From Candidatus Krumholzibacteriia bacterium (GTDB lineage: Bacteria; Krumholzibacteriota; Krumholzibacteriia; LZORAL124-64-63): DNA of 12,627 nucleotides. A program made the translations under genes and the position numbers. Under the pieces are notes generated by a model that did no database searches, had not been told where the DNA came from, and saw only the letters and a list, made by a program, of their open reading frames with translations. Below are positions 6,687-12,627 of this stretch, in pieces. The stretch is from contig JAZBOO010000249.1 of NCBI GenBank assembly GCA_036351155.1, positions 1-12,627 of the forward strand, given 5' to 3'. The stretch's first letter is position 1. Each line of letters opens with the position of its first letter.

Positions 6687-7759
6687 TGCGCACCGAAGAT
6701 TCACCTCTGCCCTGGGAATGGGGCGATGTGACGGTGGCCCCGGGGAAGCGCAAGGAGGTGCGCGTTCTGGTTTCGGAAAGCTACTCCGGAGCCGACATCA
6801 AGATTCCCATCCTGGTCTGGCGAGGACTGGAACCCGGCCCCACGGTGTTCGTGAGCGGGGCCGTGCACGGTGACGAGATCGCAGGCACCGGAGCCATTCG
6901 CAACATGATCTACGAGCGGCCCTTCGAGCTGACGCGGGGCAACCTGATCCTGGTGCCGGTGGTCAACCTGATGGGCTTCGAACGGCATGAACGCTACCTG
7001 CCCGACCGGCGCGACCTGAACCGGTGTTTCCCGGGGTCGTCGCGGGGGAGCCTGGCCAGTCGTCTGGCCCGGGTCCTTTTCGACGAGGTGGTGGCCCGAT
7101 CCGACCTGGGCATCGACCTGCACACGGCGGCGACCAACCGGATCAACTACCCCAACGTGCGGGCCGATTTGTCCATTGCGCCCCTGGCCCACCTGGCCCG
7201 GGCTTTCGGGGCGGGATTGATCATCAGCAGCAAAGGGCCGGCCGGTTCGTTGCGCCAGGCGGCCACCAAGAGCGGATGCCCCACCCTCATCCTGGAAGCA
7301 GGAGAAGTGGGGAAAGTTGTGCCCACGGTGGTCGAGTTGACCATACGGGGGCTGATGAACTGCCTGAAGCAAATGGGAATGATCGAAGGCGAACCGGTGA
7401 AGCCGCCGTTCCAGCTGGAAACCGATGCCTCGACCTGGGTCCGCGCACAGAAGGGCGGGTTCCTGAGGTTCCACGCGGGACCGGGGGATATCGTGGAGAA
7501 GGGTCAGCCTCTGGCCACGAATATTTCCCTGCTGGGGCGCAAGCTGGGCATGATCAAGGCCCCCCGCAACGGCATGATCGTGGGCATGACCACCTTGCCC
7601 GCGGTATCACCAGGTGATCCCATCTGCCACATCGCTTTCCCTCGTGAGGGAGCGCTGGCCCGGGCCGAGCGCAAGGCCGATGCCATGGCCGATGACCATC
7701 TCTTCAACCGCATCCAGGCCGAGATGGCGGGCACTTTGCTGATCAATAGCCTGGACTAG
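6686..7759 (+). CDS. Succinylglutamate desuccinylase / aspartoacylase family (M14-type zinc deacylase/carboxypeptidase)
   Basis: Zn/catalytic motifs GAVHGDE, DLNRCFPG, IDLHT and LEAG, plus a C-terminal barrel-sandwich-like segment (WVRAQKGG...GDIVEKGQPL...IKAPRNGMIVG...PAVSPGDPICHI). The ATG overlaps the rimK stop (TGATG, 6684-6688). Confidence 0.9.
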   Translation: MRTEDSPLPWEWGDVTVAPGKRKEVRVLVSESYSGADIKIPILVWRGLEPGPTVFVSGAVHGDEIAGTGAIRNMIYERPFELTRGNLILVPVVNLMGFERHERYLPDRRDLNRCFPGSSRGSLASRLARVLFDEVVARSDLGIDLHTAATNRINYPNVRADLSIAPLAHLARAFGAGLIISSKGPAGSLRQAATKSGCPTLILEAGEVGKVVPTVVELTIRGLMNCLKQMGMIEGEPVKPPFQLETDASTWVRAQKGGFLRFHAGPGDIVEKGQPLATNISLLGRKLGMIKAPRNGMIVGMTTLPAVSPGDPICHIAFPREGALARAERKADAMADDHLFNRIQAEMAGTLLINSLD

Positions 7760-10011
7760 TCCTCGTGGTCGGTTGATCCCCTGTCCCGGCCATCGGGCAG
7801 GGAGGGCCGCACAACTTCCTCCACATCCTCGAACTCGCCTCCGTCCAGGAGGTCTCCGGTGAACAGGCTGGCGTTGTGGACGAAAAACACGCAGGGCAGG
7901 TCTCCGGCCAGCTGCTCCAGACGCTGGGCGCCTTCCATTTCCTTGCCGATGGGAGAAAGAGCCATGCCCAGAAATACGATGTCGGCCCGGGCGCTGTTTT
8001 CCTGGACGATTTCCCGGATAAGCTTGTCCTCGGGTTTCAGAATGATTTCAAATTCCGCCTGGATACGGACGACACCGAGCATCTTCTCAAGATAGGTCCT
8101 GGTCTGCTGTGCCATGGTGTCGTTGGTGGCGACGCTCATGATGCGCACCTGGGCGTCCCGCCACTCGGGGTTCTGTCCCAGGAGGTAGGCCAGCAGAAGC
8201 ATCAGGTCCCCATTGCGTTGCAAGCCTCCCCACCAGACGTGGATTTCCCGCTTCCGGCGGCTCATGCCGAACTGGGTATGGGGCTTGATCCGACCGATGA
8301 CCATGGACTTGTTGAGGCGGTCCAGCTGACGCTGGGCGCGGACGAACTGGGCCTGCAGATCCGGGTTGTCGGGCCAGCCCATGACGACGGTGTTGGAAGT
8401 CAGTCCGGCCATCCCGTTGGCCTGGGAAACGCTGACGATTCCCTCGACCAGGTCGGTCACCACATCCACTTCCGGGAAAACCACCAGTTTTTCCTGCCGG
8501 TAAACCTCTCGCATACGGGTCAGAAGCTGGTCCACCTCGGGGTTGGGCTCTTCCAGGTTTCCCATGTGCAGCTGACAGGTGGTGACCACGCCCTTGCCGT
8601 TGCTGAACCAGTTGGCGTACCGGGCCAGGTCGATGTCCTTGACCGGATCGTCCACGAAAACCAGCGGGTGAGGCCGCCAGTTGCGCTGGCTGATGGGTCG
8701 TGCGGCCAGCCGCACCAGCGCCCAGCGGATCAGGCTTTCCAGCAAACCGCGGCGCGCATCGCCCCAGCTGGCAGCCTTCTCGTGTCGGGACAGCAGCAGG
8801 AACAGCAAGACCTCGGCCACCAGGGCGATGGCGCCGGCCAGAGGGTCGATGAGGAACATGACGGCCAAGCAGCTGAATCCGCCGACCAGGTTGACGGCCC
8901 AGTGGGTGTTCAGGCGGGGGCGCCAGCTGGGATCGCCACTGATGGATTCGAAGGCGGCCACGAAGTTCACCGCTCCGTAAACCGTCAGGAAGAACATGGA
9001 GACCACCCGGGCCACGGCGTTGAGGTCTCCCAGCATGACGACCGCCAGGGCGATGAGGGTGGAGAAGACCAGGCCCGGAATCAGGCTGGAATCGGAGTGA
9101 CCACCGCCGGCGAAGAGGCGGGGGGCCAGGCGGTCCCGGGCCAGCGCTTGCAGGGTGCGCGGGGCACCGAGCATGGAGCCCACCGCGGAGGAGAAAATGG
9201 CGCTCCACAGCCCGGGCAGGACCAGCCAGGAACCACCGACAGCCACCTTGGTCCAGACCATGAAGTCGTTACGCAGCAGGTCGGTGGACGCGGCCACTGC
9301 CAGACCGACGGGAATCAACAGGTAAACAATCAGTCCTGTACCCACGGCCAGCAACGCTCCGCGGGGAATCGAATAGCCAGGATCCTTGAGGTCGCCAGAC
9401 AGCCCCAGGCCGGCCATGGCCCCGGTCACGGCCGGGAAGAAGATGGCGAAGCCGACCCAGAAACCCACCTCGCCGGATCCCAGGTTGAGGGGCACGGCGC
9501 TGGTGTCGGCTTTCAGGGCCGCGCCGATTCCCAGGGCGACGATGGAAATCCCCACGATGATCATCAAGGGGACCTGAGCCTTCAACGCCTTCTGGGCACC
9601 GAAGAGGGACATGCCCGCCACCAGGATGATGATGGCAGCCGCCACCGGCTGCAGGGGGAGGCCGGGGAAGACGAACCGCAGGGATTCGGCCAGACCGAAG
9701 GCATACAGGGTGATGGAAAAAGTCTGGGACAGGAAGAGGGGAAAGCCGATGGAGCCCCCGACCTCCAGGCCCAGGCTGCGGGAGATGATGTAGTAGGCTC
9801 CCCCAATTCCCACTCGCCCGTTGGTGGCCACCGAAGAGAAACTGAGGGTCGTGGTGATGGTGATCACATGCGCGAGCAAAACGATGGCCAGGACATTGAG
9901 CAACCCCAGGTGGCCCACCAGCCAGCCGAAGCGCAGATACATGATCACGCCCAGGATGGTCAGCACGGTGGGCGTGTAGACCCCCAGGAAGGTTCCGATC
10001 GTCTTGTTCAT
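7756..10011 (-). CDS. Prokaryotic SLC12 / cation-chloride cotransporter (CCC) homologue (APC superfamily, with cytoplasmic C-terminal domain)
   Basis: GVYTPTVLTILGVIMYLRFGWLVG, GGAYYIISRSLGLEVGGSIG, FAIFFPAVTGAMAG, SGDLKDP, APRTLQALARD, SMFFLTVYG, NWRP and C-terminal IHVWWGG...GDLMLLLAYLL match NKCC/KCC signatures. About 12 hydrophobic segments. Stop codons overlap with the upstream deacylase gene at CTAG (7756-7759). Confidence 0.9.
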   Translation of the reverse strand: MNKTIGTFLGVYTPTVLTILGVIMYLRFGWLVGHLGLLNVLAIVLLAHVITITTTLSFSSVATNGRVGIGGAYYIISRSLGLEVGGSIGFPLFLSQTFSITLYAFGLAESLRFVFPGLPLQPVAAAIIILVAGMSLFGAQKALKAQVPLMIIVGISIVALGIGAALKADTSAVPLNLGSGEVGFWVGFAIFFPAVTGAMAGLGLSGDLKDPGYSIPRGALLAVGTGLIVYLLIPVGLAVAASTDLLRNDFMVWTKVAVGGSWLVLPGLWSAIFSSAVGSMLGAPRTLQALARDRLAPRLFAGGGHSDSSLIPGLVFSTLIALAVVMLGDLNAVARVVSMFFLTVYGAVNFVAAFESISGDPSWRPRLNTHWAVNLVGGFSCLAVMFLIDPLAGAIALVAEVLLFLLLSRHEKAASWGDARRGLLESLIRWALVRLAARPISQRNWRPHPLVFVDDPVKDIDLARYANWFSNGKGVVTTCQLHMGNLEEPNPEVDQLLTRMREVYRQEKLVVFPEVDVVTDLVEGIVSVSQANGMAGLTSNTVVMGWPDNPDLQAQFVRAQRQLDRLNKSMVIGRIKPHTQFGMSRRKREIHVWWGGLQRNGDLMLLLAYLLGQNPEWRDAQVRIMSVATNDTMAQQTRTYLEKMLGVVRIQAEFEIILKPEDKLIREIVQENSARADIVFLGMALSPIGKEMEGAQRLEQLAGDLPCVFFVHNASLFTGDLLDGGEFEDVEEVVRPSLPDGRDRGSTDHED

Positions 10012-10089
10012 CAGAGGCGCTCCACCGGTTGGGGACAGGGTCCCGATTCATTCTGCTTGAGGAAACCTGAACTCCTGGACTAGACTGCC

Positions 10090-10095
10090 ACTATA
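10090..10095 (-). promoter_or_regulatory. Candidate -10 element for the SLC12-like gene
   Basis: TATAGT on the - strand about 80 nt upstream of the ATG, in the divergent intergenic region. No convincing -35. Confidence 0.25.
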
Positions 10096-10154
10096 CAGGT
10101 GCTGGTGTAATTCCCGCAGGAACAAAAAGCAATCCGACTTTTCAGGATGTCAAT

Positions 10155-11450
10155 GTGTTCGCACCCATGACCAACCTTTTTTCAGGTGACCCCAGCACCA
10201 ACGGGACCATTCTGTTTCTGATCCTGGTGGGGGCCACGGTCCTGTCCTGGCCCCTGTCCCGCCCCGTGGTGCGGTGGGTACTCAAAAGGCGCACCGATCA
10301 ACCACAGCCCGGGGAAAGACTTTCCTGGTTCCTCCACAGGGCGGGGGCCGGCTTTTTCTGGCCCATTCTGGCCGCCGTGCTGGCCCTGGTGGGCTTGCTG
10401 CTGCTTCCGGGGGCCGCACCGCTCATGGAACGGGTCGGGGTTCTCTCCGCAATCTGGTTTCTGGCTGTCTTCCAGATCATCAGCGCCTCGTTCCTGGCCT
10501 TTGTCCAGCCGGGGCCCCCTCGACGACGTATTCGGCGCCTGGTCGTCCCGGCCGTCATCATGCTGGCGGTTCTGGATCACGTGGCCCTCCTGGACAGCAT
10601 TCTGACCTGGCTTGATGAACCCCTGTTCACCATTCAGGGGACCCCTATTTCGGTCCTGTCCGTCTTGACCGCGGTGCTGATCGCCTCGCTGTTCATGCTG
10701 GCCGCCAAGGCCCTGGGCGACTTCCTGGCCAACCGGCTGCTTCCCCGACTGGGCGTGGAAACGGCGCTGAGCGATGCCCTGGGGTCGGTCAGCCGATACA
10801 TCCTGGTGATTGCTGGATTCTTCGTGGCCGCCGAGAACCTGGGCTTCAATTTCACCAGCCTGAAAATCGTGCTGGGGGCCCTGTCCGTCGGTATCGGTTT
10901 TGGACTGCAGAATATCGTCAACAACTTCGTCAGCGGGTTGATCCTGATGTTCGAAAGAACCATCAAGCGTGGCGATATCCTGCAGCTGCACGGGACGACC
11001 GGCAAGGTGCTGGCCATCGGCCTGCGCAGCAGCATCATCCGCACCCGGGCGGGGCATGAACTCATCGTTCCCAACGGGGACCTGATCGCCAGCCAGGTGG
11101 ACAACATGAGCTTCAAGGACACGCTGGTGCGGGTGGATGTTCCGCTGGGTGTCAGCTACCACGCCGACCCTCATCAGGTGCGGGACCTCATGATCGACAT
11201 GGCCCGAAAGCACGAGGCGGTGGTGGTTGATCCACCTCCGAGCGTCAACTTCCAGGCCTTTGGCGAGTCCTCCATCGACTTCGAACTCCGCGTCTGGGTT
11301 CATGATGTCTGGCGATTGCCGATCATCCGCAGCGACCTTCTGTACGGCGCCTGGTACGCCCTGAAGGATGCCGAGATCGAGATTCCCTTCCCTCAGCGCG
11401 ATATTCATATTCGCAGCGGTTCCCTGGCGCCTGGTCCCGAAACTCAGTAG
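10155..11450 (+). CDS. Mechanosensitive ion channel, MscS family (MscK/KefA-like core with extra N-terminal TM helices)
   Basis: GALSVGIGFGLQNIVNNFVSGLILMFERTIKRGD, G-x-V-x-x-IGLRSS, LIVPNG, GVSYHAD, FGESSIDFELRVW and IEIPFPQRDIHIRS. Start is either GTG 10155 (AGGA upstream) or ATG 10167. Confidence 0.93.
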   Translation: MFAPMTNLFSGDPSTNGTILFLILVGATVLSWPLSRPVVRWVLKRRTDQPQPGERLSWFLHRAGAGFFWPILAAVLALVGLLLLPGAAPLMERVGVLSAIWFLAVFQIISASFLAFVQPGPPRRRIRRLVVPAVIMLAVLDHVALLDSILTWLDEPLFTIQGTPISVLSVLTAVLIASLFMLAAKALGDFLANRLLPRLGVETALSDALGSVSRYILVIAGFFVAAENLGFNFTSLKIVLGALSVGIGFGLQNIVNNFVSGLILMFERTIKRGDILQLHGTTGKVLAIGLRSSIIRTRAGHELIVPNGDLIASQVDNMSFKDTLVRVDVPLGVSYHADPHQVRDLMIDMARKHEAVVVDPPPSVNFQAFGESSIDFELRVWVHDVWRLPIIRSDLLYGAWYALKDAEIEIPFPQRDIHIRSGSLAPGPETQ

Positions 11451-11486
11451 GTGCCGCTCAGACAGATCTATTCCGGAGGCGGTTTT

Positions 11487-12062
11487 TTGCTCAGACATTT
11501 GACTCTTTTTTTGGTGGCCTTGGCCCTGGCCGCCGGTTGCGCGGGCACCTCGCCCTCGCCCACCCCCGAAGAAACCACCCTCACCGCGGTGGGTCAGCTG
11601 GCGCCGGACTTCACCGTCGAGACCCTGGACGGCGGCACATTCACCCTCGGTGAACAGCGCGGCCAGGTGGTGCTGGTCAACTGGTTTGCCACCTGGTGTC
11701 CGCCTTGTCAGGAGGAGATGCCCCACCTGCAATCCGAGGTGTGGGAAGTGTTCCGGGACCAGGGTCTGGTCCTGGTGTCCGTGGCCCGGGAAGAGACGGC
11801 CGAGGTGGTGCGCCCGTTCATCCAGAAGTATGCCGTGACCTGGCCCTTCCTGCTGGATCCCGACCGTTCGGCCTATGCCCGCTATGCGGAGGCGTTCATT
11901 CCCCGCAACCATGTGATCGATCGGGAGGGGCGGATCATTTTTCAGTCCAGCGGATTTGAGCGGGAGGATTTCGAGGAAATGATTGGAGTGATCAGGGCGG
12001 CACTGAGTCCTCAGGAGGGGGCTCCCCGGATGGAGGAGCGGCAAGAAGGGCAAACGGAATAG
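11487..12062 (+). CDS. TlpA/ResA-like thioredoxin-fold disulfide reductase, predicted lipoprotein
   Basis: APDFTVETLDG, VVLVNWFATWCPPCQEEMPHL (CxxC) and IPRNHVIDREG (cis-Pro loop). A TTG start at 11487, 7 nt after GGAGG (11475-11479), gives MLRHLTLFLVALALAAG|C, a lipobox signal. The ORF track starts at GTG 11451. Confidence 0.9.
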   Translation: MLRHLTLFLVALALAAGCAGTSPSPTPEETTLTAVGQLAPDFTVETLDGGTFTLGEQRGQVVLVNWFATWCPPCQEEMPHLQSEVWEVFRDQGLVLVSVAREETAEVVRPFIQKYAVTWPFLLDPDRSAYARYAEAFIPRNHVIDREGRIIFQSSGFEREDFEEMIGVIRAALSPQEGAPRMEERQEGQTE

Positions 12063-12547
12063 GTGACCCGATTGTCCACGCTGTCGACTTCCCCCCGACG
12101 CAGGGCATCTGCCGGATCCACCCACTGGTCTCCGAACTTCAGATGGTTGCACATGCTGCACCGCAAATGGCCCCGCTGACCGGGTCCGGCCAGGCGAAAA
12201 GGAACCCGGGGATCCAGCTTCTCCACCCGCAACGTGATGTTTTCCAGCAGGACGGTGCCGTCAGGCTGGGGCTTGATCACCATCTTCATGAAGCGCTTGA
12301 CCTGGTCTGAATCGCAGCGATAGTCGCGTTCCACGGTGTTCTGGTGAATTCGCGCATAGTCCAGCAGGACCTGGACGAACATGCGCGTGGAATCCCCGTG
12401 GATGAATTCGAACAGGTTGCGATTGACCACCTCGGGCCGGGACAAACCCAGGCCTTCGTTTTCTGCGGCAAAACGATCCCAGGTTTCGTTGACATCCACG
12501 ATCTTGTTGTTCTTGTCCAGGACAAAGACGACGGTCAGGTCTTCCAC
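12011..12547 (-). CDS. PAS-like domain protein with C-terminal Cys4 (CSMC...CPSC) putative metal-binding module
   Basis: VFVLDKNNKIVDVNETWDRFAAEN...EVVNRNLFEFI is a PAS N-terminal pattern, followed by YRCDS and a C-terminal CSMCNHLK...W...VTYSVCPSC. The probable start is GTG 12547 after AAAAGGTGG; the ORF track extends to 12613. Confidence 0.75.
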   Translation of the reverse strand: MEDLTVVFVLDKNNKIVDVNETWDRFAAENEGLGLSRPEVVNRNLFEFIHGDSTRMFVQVLLDYARIHQNTVERDYRCDSDQVKRFMKMVIKPQPDGTVLLENITLRVEKLDPRVPFRLAGPGQRGHLRCSMCNHLKFGDQWVDPADALRRGEVDSVDNRVTYSVCPSCRSSIRGAPS

Positions 12548-12627
12548 TTTCCACCTTTTTCCTTCAAAGGGGCGTATCCTCAGGGCTGGGCATATATTAA
12601 CCGCAAAGAACACATGACCTGCAAGGC

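Noticed and set aside
6686..7759. Assigning astE (arginine succinyltransferase pathway)
   Set aside because: No other ast genes nearby, and the context matches the RimK-associated M14 subfamily, so only a family-level call is supported.
7876..10083. 735-aa + strand ORF antisense to the SLC12-like gene
   Set aside because: Shadow ORF of a GC-rich gene: no family motifs and His/Gln/Gly-rich composition typical of antisense frames, while the opposite strand has clear CCC motifs.
11473..11488. CCG-GAGG-CGG followed by T6, resembling an intrinsic terminator after mscS
   Set aside because: The stem is only 3 bp, and the sequence is better explained as the GGAGG RBS and TTG start of the TlpA-like gene.
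10182..12161. 659-aa - strand ORF opposite the MscS and TlpA genes
   Set aside because: Antisense shadow spanning two well-supported genes; no recognisable domain.

Overview
GC-rich bacterial chromosomal window, densely coding, with 12 complete CDSs and one partial CDS. I found no rRNA, tRNA, CRISPR array or mobile element. Left to right: the 5' end of a secreted hypothetical protein (-); a chorismate mutase/prephenate dehydrogenase fusion, tyrA (+); a fold-type III PLP enzyme of the D-threonine aldolase/DSD1 type (-); a tightly packed six-gene + strand run (tandem zinc-ribbon protein, lemA, htpX with an extra C-terminal Cys4 ribbon, retropepsin-like RimK-associated protease, RimK-family ATP-grasp ligase fused to a TrkA_C/RCK_C domain, and an M14 AstE/AspA-type deacylase); a prokaryotic SLC12/cation-chloride cotransporter homologue (-); an MscS/MscK-type channel (+); a TlpA-like thioredoxin lipoprotein (+); and a PAS-like protein with a C-terminal Cys4 motif (-). 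The most interesting feature is the protease-RimK(RCK_C)-deacylase module, which is coupled to lemA-htpX and sits next to an ion cotransporter and a mechanosensitive channel. This suggests, as inference only, a ligand-gated system that makes and breaks glutamyl peptides and is linked to K+/osmotic homeostasis. All family calls come from motif recognition by eye, not from database searches.
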